A DNA stretch of 64,000 nt, taken from assembly GCA_002269645.1 (NCBI GenBank), contig NIVC01002820.1, forward strand, positions 62,001-126,000. Direction: 5' to 3'. This stretch comes from Macrostomum lignano (Eukaryota). The position numbers were made by a program, and so were the translations under genes. The notes under the pieces are model-generated. The model worked only from the letters and a program-made list of their open reading frames with translations. It had not been told where the DNA came from and ran no database searches. The first letter of the stretch is position 1. The number at the start of each line of letters is the position of its first letter. This document shows, one piece after another, positions 1 to 12,100 of the stretch.

Positions 1-1060
1 GTTCTCCCTGGAGGGGAAAGTGACCTTGAAGCGTTGTTAAAGATTGAGGGAGCGCGGCTCAGTGTCCGAAAGGACAGCCGCACTCCCGCTCTTCTTCAGA
101 ATTTTAAGGCACAGGTCAGAGTGCGGCAGAAACTTGCGCTTCGTCATCGCTCTTTGCGGCTTGAAGCTAACGCCAGCCTCGATGAGCCGGCGGGTGGTTT
201 TAGCAGCCTCCCGGCGGAATAAGATGTGCAAGGGTGGGAGGCAGAGGAAGGCGTTGAGGCCGTCAAAAGGAGCAGAGAGCGGGCCTTTCATGATCATGCG
301 ACACACGTCCCTGCACCTTTTTAGGGCTTTGTGGCAGGTTTTAATCTGCAAGGCGCAGGTCCAGGGCAGGCCGGCGTAAGTAACGGCCGGCCGGACTATT
401 GCGGTATAGATCCACCAGAGCCGCTTCGGGGTTGGGCCCCATGTGGTGCCGACGGCTCTGCGCGACTGCGCAAGAATCGCGAGGGCTTTTTTGGTTTTGG
501 CCTGAACGTGGGTGGACCAGCTCAGCCTGTGGTCCAGCGTAACGCCGAGACACTTGGTTTGCTTACAGGATGGGATTTCCTCCCCGTAAAGCTTTAGTGG
601 GCGAATACGCCAATTAACTCTGCTGGTGAACATGATCGCGACAGTTTTGATCTCGGAGAGCCTGATACCACACCTGTCCGCCTATTATTCAGCAGAGCAA
701 ATAAAGTTTTGTAGAAGATCATAGGCTTATAGGCTTTCAGGTAATGGCCCGGATGTCACGGCTGTGACATCATCAGCATAACCGACCTTAAGGATGGGGT
801 CAAGATGGCTGTCCTGAAGGAGCTCATCGATGACCATGTTCCAGAGAGCTGGAGAGAGAACACCGCCTTGGGGGCTGCCTTTGCAGACGGTTACCGTCCG
901 TTGGTGCGCGGTGGCAGTACGGTGGCTGATCAAAGATCCACCGGGTAAGGTGCGAGTGGTTTCCCCTCTTGCACGTAAAGCTCTGTCGAAAGCCTCGAAG
1001 AGAACGTTGTCGAAGGCTCCAAGAAGACAGGAGGAAGACAGCAAAAGCGTTACCTAGAAC
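1..1060 (-). mobile_element. Decayed, 5'-truncated non-LTR retrotransposon (RT and thumb region; R1/LOA/I-group-like), running off the left window edge
   Basis: Minus-strand ORF 727-1044 has RT motifs GAFDNV, KGSPQGGVLSPALWNMVID and GYADDV. ORF 37-633 continues with KTVAIMFT, KCLGVTLDHRLSWSTHV and WIYTAIVRPAVTYA. Stops and frameshifts lie between the pieces. Clade assignment is by resemblance only. Confidence 0.88.
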
Positions 1061-3190
1061 GGCTTCGTTTTGTGTCTCACAAGGGGCTTTGACCTCTAGC
1101 TCTCTAGCCCGCCTATTTTTGTTTTATTCCTTACCTATACGAGTAATTGGTTGCATGTAAAAAATTATTTTTATTCGCAATACCATCAAAGGACCAACTA
1201 AAAAAGTTAACCGTTGTAAAACATTTTATTTCCAATTTCACACACAAATTGACGATTTTGGACGTACTTTGACGAAAGTGAATCAGAGTTTATAGAAGTT
1301 GCGTCAACAGATTGTCGACATGAATTGGAGTTTGACGAAAATGAAATGAATTTTTTCTCAGCGCCAAAAACATAGCCTTTCTTCCTCATAGAAATTTGCG
1401 CTTGCTGTCGAGACTGAAAAGGAGTGTATCTAAAATGAATGTAGACATACATGTACACGTATAAATCGAGCTAGAAGTGTCGAAGTTGAACTTCCGATTG
1501 TCTAAAGTGAGTTGGAATTTGAATGAAATTGAGGGTAAAATCAAGAACGTCCTTGCCCAATATATTGCCCAGGGAGGGCAGTACAGTTTGATTTCATGCT
1601 GTATGCACTCCTAAAGACCACTATAAAACAATTAATCTGAAACTGAGAGACAGCAAACCGGACGTGTTGGTACAAGACAGCTACGTACGAAAGTTGAATT
1701 CGGATTAAAGTTGTGACGAAACTGATTTAGTGGCCATAGTACGCTCGTACAAATGATTAGTCGGAATTCATGCACATAAAAGGCTTTATTCACTAGAAAT
1801 TTATAATTTCTAGTAATTTTTTTAAACCAATTGACACATACATTCAAAGCGACCTTTTCGAATTCTGCCAATATTTGCAAGTAATGTCCTATGTGTTGTT
1901 TAGTAGTCCTTGTGCACTCCTCTGCTTTCCTCTGTTCCTCCTCCGGCTATTCCGCTAATAATAACTGTACAGTACGTGTGTATTCAAGTTTATTTCTAGT
2001 GAGTCGGGCCATAGTTCATGGTATTGTTCCAATCGTATCTGATATATGCTACCGGTGCCCGTGCTGCCATAATCAGAAGTTGGCCGATGTTTTAACGACA
2101 TTGCTAGCAAATTGAATGCTACTTCGATATTAAACAACGGCGGAATTTGATATTTGAGAGCTGCCAATCGCCCGATACATGTAGCTGGGCAAATGAAAAT
2201 TACCCGTAAAGCTCGCATGGAACAATACTTATATAATATATAATTGATGGTTCGTACACATGGCTTTATTCGGGATATTATTAACAACTGACACAAATCA
2301 TCTTTTTAAACTAACAAACATGGACAATTCGGAGCAGACAATTCCAGCTCAGAGTGTCGAGAGTGTTAAAACAACAAACCAAATTTATCAATTCAACACT
2401 GCACGAAGCGGTGTCGAAGACTTTTTCCTGCATGTGTTTGGGACCGAGAATTGCTATGAGGAAGTAATCAGAAATGAACTAGACACAAGAGAGGGAAGAG
2501 ACAGCTAGCTAGCTAGAGTGTACACACATTGTAATTTACGTCTGTAGCTTGCGACAGAAGAGGTGGAGGAAGACAGTCAGGGAAGAGGGAATTGGGAGGC
2601 TAGATAGGAAAGACTGCACAAAGTAGGCATATACATGTACCAATGTCCTCTGCTGCTTACGCGGACGAGCGTGTCAATTGGTTTTCTACTGAATACAGTT
2701 TAGCATATAAAAACATGCATGTATATTAATACGTAATATGTATTCGTATTCGACGTTCCATATTTGTCCAAAAGCATATTCAGGTTCAGAGTAGTGTACG
2801 ATGCCCCAGTACAGTAGGCTATAAGTGTTGTCAAGCGTTTTTTCACATTTTACCTGTGCCTCCCTGTACTCAAATTTATTGTACATGGTAATGGTACGAG
2901 TGTACACTGTCACCAAATTCGCGTCATATGTCTACCCCCACCAGTCTAAAAGCACTTAGGAACAATAATTGCCGACACTGTTGCTGTTTAGAAAATTTCT
3001 TCTGCGCGGTATCGCGTGGGCCATGCGTTTGGCCTTCTTATATAATAAATAGGCTACCATGCTACCTAAAAGGAAGCCCAACCAGCGACAACTGAATAGA
3101 CAACGCACAAAATGTAGGACCTCGTAACTATAATTGACTAATCGACAGTAAGTTTCTGTATAGTGTGAAAATTTTCTTGTACGTTGAATC

Positions 3191-5684
3191 ATGTCAGGAA
3201 AAAAAGAAACTTCTCACGGTTCTGACATCGGTGAGCATGAGTTTATGGCTTCTATTGAAGCAGAAAATGTCCAACTAATAGAACAAGCGCTTGCTGCAGG
3301 TATGAGGGTTGATCGACCAATACTTTATGACGGTGAACTTGCGACTCCAATGCACCTGGCTTGCGTGGTGGGAAACGAACAAATAGCTCAAATGCTCTTC
3401 GGCACGCCTGTATGTGACGTGAATTGCCAATTAAGTACCGGGGAGACGCCACTGTACGTCGCATCGCAGCGTGGCGACCAGAACCTGGTGGACGCCCTTA
3501 TCAAAGCACGCGCGAATGTTGGTCTTTCGGAAATCGATGGCAATACGCCTCTGTACGCTGCTTCGGAGAACGGCCACCATCGTGTGGTGAGGTCGCTGAT
3601 TAAGGCGGGTGCGGACGTTGATCTTCAAGGGTGCGACGGATGCACATCACTCTATATTGCATCACAGAATGGTCATAACCCAGTTGTGAAGATGCTTATA
3701 GAAGCTCAAGCCGATTTGAACCTTCAGAGTTTCGAGGGAGCTACACCATTGTACATCGCCTCGCAGTTTGGAGAGCATGAAGTTGTGGACTCGCTAATCA
3801 GGGCGCAGGCGGATGTTGACATTCTTGAAATCAGTGGCTGCTCACCGCTGTACATCTCCTCCCGACAAGGTCATTCGAAGGTGGTCGATTTTCTCATCAA
3901 GGCACAGGCCGACGTTCATCATGAACTAAGAAGTGGAGTATCATCACTTATGGCTGCCGCGCTTCAGGCCACAATAAGGTCGTAGACTCGCTAATTAAGG
4001 GAGGAGCTGTTATCGACCTTCAGCTCATAGAGGGCGCATCTGCTCTGCATGCTGCATCTGAGACAGGTCATGTTAGAGTGGCTGACTCACTAATCCGGGC
4101 AGATGCCAAAGTCGATCTTCAAAATGATCATGGAGCAACAGCTATCTATGTTGCCGCCCAGAACGGACATTTCGAAGTGGTTGACAGGCTCATTAAGGCT
4201 AAAGCAGATGTCAACTTACAAAAGCACGATAAAATGTCACCACTTTGCATTGCATCAATCCAAGGTCATTTTCGTGTAGTCCAACAGCTGCTACGATGCC
4301 CAAAAACTAACGTCGATATCCAAGCAGCGAAAGGCACTTCAGCACTATTTGCTGCATCCCAGTACGGTCACCACCGCGTAGTTAAAATGCTTGTAAATGC
4401 ACAGATAGATGTTAATCAGCCGGACGATTATAAGTGCACACCTCTTCACATCGCTTCTCAAAACGGTCACCATCTGGTGGTGAAATTTCTTATCAGAGCT
4501 CAAGCCGAAGTTGACGCTACAGACAAAGATGGAGCGTCGCCGCTCTATTACGCATCACAAAACGGCCACGAAAGAGTGGTGAGCTTGCTGATCAAAGCAC
4601 AAGCTGACGTCAATCTTTCGACAAACTCAGGCGGCTCATCTCTGAGCATTGAATCAGAGCAAAATCACTTCAAAGTGGTGCAACTTCTTATCAAAGCTCA
4701 GTCAGACGTTAATCTTCAGCGAGAAACAGGCTCGTCACCACTATACCTGGCCTGTCAGAATGGACATCATCAGATTGCCAGTTCACTTTTAAAGGCTGAG
4801 GCTGACGTAGATCTTCCAAACAGCGTTGGGGCTTCCCCGTTATACATCGCTTCACAAGACGGGCACCATGCAGCTGTGAGCTTACTCATTAAAGCAGGAG
4901 CTCACGTCAATACGCAATGCGACGATGGAATGTCGCCGCTATATGTTGCATCCCTGAATAATCATCTGCCCGTAGTTAAGTCGCTCATCAAAGCTCACGC
5001 AAACGTCAACATTAGAGAAGACGTCTTCGGTACAACGCCACTATACATTGCCTGTCAAAATGGTCATTACCAAATAGCTGAGACACTGATCAAAGCAAAA
5101 GCCGATATTGACTGCCAAGGAGAAAACGGAATGACACCCCTGTACATTGCAGCTTTGAGTGATCATATTCAAATAGTAGATTTGCTAATTAAGGCGCAAG
5201 CTGTTGTAGACTTGAGCAGTTCAGATAGCTGCACTCCTCTATTTGCCGCATGCTTTCAAGGTCACAGCAAAGTAGTCAGCCTTCTGGTTCGTGCGATGGC
5301 CGATGTCAATATTGTAAAAAGTGACGGCTGCACACCAGTCTTCATTGCTGCACAAAGTGGTCACAACCAGGTGGTGGATTTACTAATCAAGGCTCAAGCC
5401 GACCTGAACTGCCGTTGTATTGAAGGTTGCACGCCGATATTTGCTGCATCGTTAAATGGGCATCATAAAGTTGTGGATTCGCTTATTCAAGCACAAGCCG
5501 ACGTCAGCATTCCGCGAATGGACGGCCTGACGCCACTAAAGGCAGCGTCTCTGTTGAAGCACCATCAAGTGGTGACGCTGCTCACTTTAGCTGAATATCA
5601 CTTCGAGGAACTTGAGCTTTATTGGACGGAAGTAGAGCTGGACGATGACTCTGGATCCAGCGCGATGGATGCTAATGATCAAGA
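3191..5684 (+). CDS. Exon 1 of the ANK-cGLR gene: 23 tandem ankyrin repeats plus an acidic linker (ORFs 3191-3985 and 4078-5688, joined across a 1-nt frameshift)
   Basis: Repeated 33-aa GxTPLYIASQNGHxxVVxxLIKAxADVN consensus; 23 units counted. Restoring one G (CAG GGC CAC AAT AAG GTC GTA GAC) gives a canonical repeat, LQGHNKVVDSLIKGGAVID, that bridges the two ORFs. Confidence 0.93.
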
Positions 5685-7990
5685 GTGAGTGTCTCAGATC
5701 AAGTTTTTTATTATAAAAGTGCAAATACTTAAGTTCTCTTTAGTTTAATTTAAATGCTGAATCGTACGCATCGAATGCCAAATCTGTTCCCTAAATCTGT
5801 ATTTTAAGTAAATTTCTCAGTAGTATTGTCCCATTGTGGTATTAATGTAGTGCTTATGAGCCTACCGAATTTCTCAGTAGAAAAAATCTTTCCTTTGTTG
5901 CGCAACCGCTAGATTCATTAAATATTAAGGAAACGAAAGGGAACAAAACTAAAATTTTCTGGAATTTCAGAGTCCCCTCGACCGAAACTGAGCTGGGCGA
6001 GCAGTTGCACGCTGCCCTTCAGGCAGCTGCGGCTGACGTCCTTCAGGAGATTCTAAGAAATCGAATCGCGTACGAAGATATTTTTGTGGTTGGAAGCTTC
6101 TCCGAAGGATGGGGTAACAGTCTGACGAGTCTCGATGGGAAAACTGATATCGAGTCCGACATTGACGTGATGGAATTGGTTCGGGGCAGACTCTACCATC
6201 TCAAGCATCATTGCAGCTGTAAAGAAAGGAATTTGCATCCAGTTGAATACACAAATGGACACATTCTCTGCTCCGGATTCGGTAATGAAAATTTGGTTTT
6301 AGTCTATGCGATTGATCCAGTATACTGTACTAAAATGATATTTTTATCTATCTAGCTATGTGATCGATTTTTAAAAAAAATGCTAATGTTTTACTTTTTC
6401 TAAATCTTATTTTCAGCCACAAACCCAGCCAAGCCATTCCGGGGCTCCTCGCTGAAGCCGGCAGTGGATATAGTTGCAGCCTGCCGTCTCTATTGCTACC
6501 CTCCCATCGCGCCCCTTCTTCCGTCCCGGCGATCAGCTTCCAACATTGCTCACTCGATACTGCAGTCACTCGAGAGCGAATTGACAAACTCGCCTTGTCA
6601 CGTGGTGCATGCTGCACCACCGAAGAAATCGGGTAAGCAACTTCGCGTTAGCACAACCTTCCTTGAGAAGCGGCTACTCCGAAGTCTCAGCACGTTGCAG
6701 GGACAGCTATTCGTGACGCTCAAGTATCTGGTTAAAAAAGTCATCTGCCGTCGAGTGCAAGGCGTGAAGGCGTATCACGTGAAAACCATCACGTTTCGAA
6801 TGCTGGAGGAGACACCTTCTGACCAATGGAAGCCGGAAAATCTCGTGAGTCAAATCAGACGCTCATTGCAAATCTTGTCAAGCAGCGTCAAGAGCAGCTG
6901 CAGCGAAGATGAAGCTGCAACTAAGCCAGAAGACAAAATCATGAACCACTTCTTTCTGTGCGATGCTGCTCTGTACCTAAAAGGTGCAGACAAAAGCAGT
7001 TCTCAAGAAATATCTAGAGTGCTTCAATACGTTATGAAAAGACTTCCGGAGTTATTAATTAAATTTATCCATACATTGAGGCCCCTTACTAATACCGGAA
7101 CATTTCACTTCCATCCGTTTCTAATTCTGCCTCGAATGAAAGCAAATAAAGTTCGAATGTCTGCCGCCGTAGAATATCATGAGATTTACGATTTGGTGAG
7201 GGAGTCGCTTGTCCGCCTATCTCAGCGTGACTGCTGCAGTCCAGAGCTCAAGCAGTCGCTCTTGCAGCACATTAGCCAGCTTCCAGATTGTGCCCGCACG
7301 GCTCGAGAAACTCTTAAAGCACTAGCGTTTCTGAAGTTCAGAGACCGGGATGCAGCATTGAAGGTGCTTGCAGACTGCAGAGGGCACACAGTGAGCGAAG
7401 GCATCTCATGGCGGTCTGAAAGGTCCGCTGCTGAAGCTACAAAGGACTTGATGTGGCACTACCTGTGGAGCAACGACTCAGCCTGGAAATTCTGCTTTGA
7501 GTTTGATCAGCGTCCCGAGCTTGAGTTCCTGCCGGCAGTTTTATCCGACTGCTTCCCGCTGCGGTTGCAGAACTACGTCACTTATCACTATGTAAACTTT
7601 GACGCCTTCCTGCACAGTCTCCGATTGGAGTTAACGCCCCAAGATGAGGATGCTCATCGCTGGGTCAACACCGTTGCCCTTAGAGTTGGTGCGGACATCC
7701 AGGAGTTAGTCGTGGGTGCCAGTTTCTGCCGTGAACCCAAGCTGCTGATCGAGCCCTGGCGCGATTTGCAGGCGGCTCTCGCCGTAATTCCCAGACGTCT
7801 GGCTGACGAGGTGGCGCAGCGGTTGAAGGTACTGAAACACTCGTGTGAAAAATCAAAGCTTCTTCCCTCAACGAGAAGTCATTTTACTCATAAAATTCTC
7901 ATCCATTCATTGCAGGTGTTTGACAGAGGAGAGCAGGAAATGAGCAGCGATTCTGCTGATGCAACAGTGATGCATGTGCATGTACTTTAA
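3191..7990 (+). CDS. Ankyrin-repeat / Mab-21 (cGAS-like receptor, cGLR) nucleotidyltransferase fusion; exons 3191-5684, 5971-6281, 6417-7990; ~1459 aa once one G is restored at 3967-3968
   Basis: Intron 5685-5970 (GA|GTGAGT...TTTCAG|A) is phase 2 at both ends. Intron 6282-6416 (G|GTAATG...TGCTAAT...TTTCAG|CC) is phase 1 at both ends. The exon sum (2495+311+1574=4380 nt) is divisible by 3 and reads ...ANDQ-E-VPSTETEL... and ...CSGF-A-TNPAKPF...PAVDIV without stops. Confidence 0.85.
5971..7990 (+). CDS. Exons 2-3 of the ANK-cGLR gene: Mab-21/cGAS-type NTase fold plus a helical C-terminal extension
   Basis: VVGSFSEG (GS at 6092-6097), SDIDVM (Asp codons at 6158 and 6164), third acidic residue in PAVDIV (6467). 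Mab-21 C-lobe motifs: CHVV, LRVSTTFLEKRLL, LKYLVKK, AYHVKTITF (YHVKT also occurs in human cGAS), QWKPENL, MNHFFL. Confidence 0.88.
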
Positions 7991-9133
7991 AAAAGTTTGG
8001 TAAAAAAATTTGCTGCTTACCTACCGCTTGTTGAGTTTCGTTTGTAGTTCAAATTAGAATATTACTGGCATAATACGAGCTATTTTTATGCAGGTCAACA
8101 AGTCTGTATTATTTAAAAGATCTGTGGTTTTTGGTTGATTTTTGTGATAATTCAGTGCGCTAAATCCCAAAATGGTCTTCATTTTGCTTAATAAAGTCAA
8201 GTTTTATGGCAAATTTGATTTCAAGCTGAAGTTTGAAACGCTTTTTCGCTGATATTTCAAGCGCAAACAGGTCTTTAAAAAGAAACACGTGATTATAGTA
8301 TGAAAAAGTGCGTCTGTTTATAAATTACCGGTTCAGTGCACACAACCTCAAGCGAATTCGAAATGGTAGAGACTCTGATGGCTGCATTTGGCAGGCTTGT
8401 CTGCAATGTGAACAATAAGATTTTTAATTCCTATCTGGCGAGATTTCCTGAGAGTCTGGGCGCATGAGTGACTAACAACAGACCCAGCTTTTCACCTTAA
8501 GGCATCATAACGATAGAGGCCGAGAAAACAATTACACTGCCATAAGCCGACAATAAGTTGACAAAAATTATTTGATCTAAGATACACTGTAGATAGATTC
8601 AGAGTTCTATCTAAAGATGTGCTTGCGTTTGAAATACCCGTGGAAACAATAAAAATTCATCCAAATAAAATGTTTTATAACAAGATCTATAAGTATAAAA
8701 AACCTTCAGACCATGTATTGCTCTTAACGTGTGATATTTTTTTATCTGTGGATTTATTGGCAAAGTCTTATTGTTTTTTGTTTCCAAAATACAGAGTTTT
8801 TATAGGCGGTGTAAGCTGTACATGCACAGTCTCCAATATTAATCAATATAGTTATTTAAATTAACATGTGAACCTTCAGTCATGGAGTTATTTATGCATG
8901 ATTTTCAACAAGAATAAACTTAACAATGCTAATAAATTTCGCTTCAAATACTCGTAGTGACAAAGTAAATCAATCTCTCCCAAAAATCTATGTGACCAAT
9001 TAGTCTATGGGGCGAATCACGACTAAGACTTATATAGCTGCGATTAACCAGCTAGCCATCATTCCCAAATTCTTAATGCAGCACTCACATAACGCAGTAC
9101 TGCAAAGCAAAACAGTTGCTGCTCACACATAAC

Positions 9134-12100
9134 ATGACCTCAATATTATTGCCCTTCTCGCCTCGAGTCTCCGTCTTCGACTGGGACTACGAAGCCGACT
9201 CCAGCGACCGCATCGGCGTTGTTTACGCAGCCCTCGTTGAGCAGCGCCAGTTGGTGGTTAAAAAGTTTTGCCGAGTAGCCGTTGAACAGTCAGTGCCTAC
9301 TGGAGGAGTTCAGGTGGATGAGTTCCGAGCTGTGCGGCTTGTGTACATCAGGCAGATAGAGAACGCAATAATTACCAGTGAGTTGTGTGCTATTTTTTGA
9401 CGTATAAATAATGCGGAAGTTATACGCTTGTCCTAGCAAGGTGTAACACTGCCGAGAACTTGTAAAAGCTATTAGATAGACCTTGACTTACTTGACTTAG
9501 CTGCAGGGCTGTCCCTGAAGGGGACTCAGCGGGAAGGCGCAAACGCCCATTCCGCTAATCCCTGAACGGCCGACGCGTCGTTATGGACGAAGGGTTGGCG
9601 CCGCCCAGGGAGGTACCCCAGTGTCGCCGGCAGCTATGGTGCTCTCTGAAAGGGAGAGTTCAGCTCTGCGGGTGGCCAATAGATAGACCAGTTTGAACTT
9701 CTTTTCTTGGCTGTTGAAGTGTAGAGTACCATTGCCATTTTATTACCTTTTTGTATAAAAGCACTGAGAACGTATCCTCATTCACCGAATCGATATTAAT
9801 TACGTGTACTCCTAAATTGAAGGCGTCGTGCACAGCTGGCTGTCGCACTGCGGCCATTTCTTACTCAACTGCCGATTCAATGCTGGCGGCGCGTTCCGCT
9901 CTGGCCTGTTGGTATTCGACGCCCAGCTGACGCTCCTGAGAACTTTGCACTTTGGCCTGACCATCCTGCCCTGCTATTGCTATACCGATAAAATTTTCTA
10001 TTTGCCCAGCGAGTCTGATAACTGCATCCGGCGTCTGTCGGTGCCGGAGTTGCAGCTTGTATCGATGCTAGATTGCAGCGACGCTGGCGAGAGATACGTG
10101 CCGCAGGAGGCCAAGTCGCCTTTTCAGGTTAGTACTTTGATTTGCAATGGCATTTAATTTGTTCTTACGACAGAGTTTGCTTTGTTTGAAACCAAATTTG
10201 AAGCACGTAAAACTTTGCCGCCGACAATTGGATAAAGTTCGTAACAGAAGTAAGCAAACGCACAAGGTTCGGAAGGCTGCCAATTGCGGATGTATCATGA
10301 CGCACGTCCAACTTAAGTAAGATTAGCCACTTGGGTATCAGGGCAGCAATGGCAGGGCACCTTTACCTAAATCTGTTGCAAGAGACCATAATATTACACT
10401 CGCAAAAGAGTTGTAGGCACCCTGGCGCAGCGCTTTCAGCGACAATTTTGCTCAATTCCGATGGCTCATGAGCACATGCGTGTACGGCGACAATTGCGCG
10501 ATACTGTACACAGGCACGCAGTACACACGCTCACACAAAGTGTACAGCCCCATAGGCATCATTGATGCACCCTAATTCACTGTGTAGCATATACTCAGTG
10601 AAGTACTTATGGTTGTCTCGGGGCTGTCTCGCTGTCCCGCTCAGTGATTTGGGCTCTCCGTCTTCTCACTCGGAAGCCTTCTTAACTCTCTCAGTAGCGT
10701 AGGTAGTGCTGCCACCAGTTCCTTCAGGTCTCGGCCTTCGGTGAGGTGAGCTTCGCGTCGGAACGAAATAAACAAGTCAACGAACTCAGCACAGAGTGCA
10801 GATTTGCAGATTAATGAACAAGGCGTCCTAGTCAGCAGATCCCCGCCGGGCTCAGGGGTGGCTGGAAGGCAGTGTTAGCCTCCCTTAGGCTTGGGCGTCT
10901 AAGTTTTAGTCAGGCCAATTGGTGATAGCTTAAATGGGCAACTGAACGAAGTCTGGAAAACTTGACAAGAAGAAGATTCCGAAGACGAATAGTCAGAATC
11001 TCAGGAACTCGGCTACAAATACTGATAACTGAAAACTCCTTGACGGAAACAAGGGGGAGAGGGGTCCTATTTATAGCGCGGGATTCACCTCTGTCCCATT
11101 GCACAAGATCTTGTGACTCGTTCTATTTTTAGAACTGACGTCACTCATGGCCTCCGGGCACAGTCCCAATGCGCTCAAGACCTCGTGACTCGTTCTATTT
11201 TTAGAACTGACGTCACTTGGGGTCTCCGGGCAGAAGTACACGCGGCTGTGACTCAGTTGCTATTTTTAGCAACATGAATCACTCCTCTCCTTAGAGAAGG
11301 GAGGGGACCGAAAGCACGTGACTCTCCAGTAAACAGGACCAGCGAGTGCAGTAAACTTTAAGACTCCAAAACGAGAAATCTGTCATGTGACTGGCTCACA
11401 TGACAGGGGAAAACGAGACTGACGAAACAGCGACAGCCCACAGGAGAGAAGCTGAGGGCTGGGAAACGAAGGGGCAAAACGAGGGAAGGGAGCAGCAACA
11501 GACAGACAAAAGGAGGGAGGCGGGAAGCTGACCAGCGGCAGACAGCAACCCAGGGCGAGGGCGAAGGCAAGGGCGACTGCTGACAAAGTGCGACGCCTAA
11601 CACCAACTAGCGGATCACTACACTCAGCAACATTGAAAAGTCGCCACTCTATGCGCCAGTGAGCAATTTCTCTTGGACTAGTATGAAGTAAAAGGTACGA
11701 GAAAACTCAGGGGTAGCTTTAATCCGTCCAACCCTTGCACACCGCTCCCCCGACTTTCATTCCTCAACTCAAGTCTGCCGCGGTGTACCTGAGTTGCGTC
11801 ACTCGCAAAGAATGAGAGACTTCACCTGCACTCTCAAAAGTGGGGACCACAGACGGAATCTTTTGTGATGGCGACTTTTCGATTTTGCTGAGTATACGAG
11901 GTGTGGCCAAAAAGTAACGAGAATTGCTGCTTAAATCTGAAAATACAAACTTCTACTAAAATTAATCGATGTCTTCTTGAAGCTCAGCTTCTCAGCTTTT
12001 ATAGAAAGCAGTATTGTGTCGAAATGTTTTGGTTTTCATGATTTTTTAATTATTTTTCATTATAGCTGTCACACTGCCGTGTCAAAAAATAAACAATGAG

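Noticed and set aside
1100-3180. Short ORFs upstream of the ANK gene
   Set aside because: No domain motifs, no consistent splice phases and AT-rich composition; treated as intergenic.
5971-7990. Bacterial CD-NTase/CBASS operon
   Set aside because: The NTase is split by phase-matched spliceosomal introns, has animal Mab-21 C-lobe motifs, and has no operonic effector genes.
9160-9230. C2-domain call from VSVFDWDYEADSSDRIG
   Set aside because: It resembles the C2 calcium loop (VFDWD...D.IG), but the flanking strands of a C2 domain are not recognisable; one motif is insufficient.
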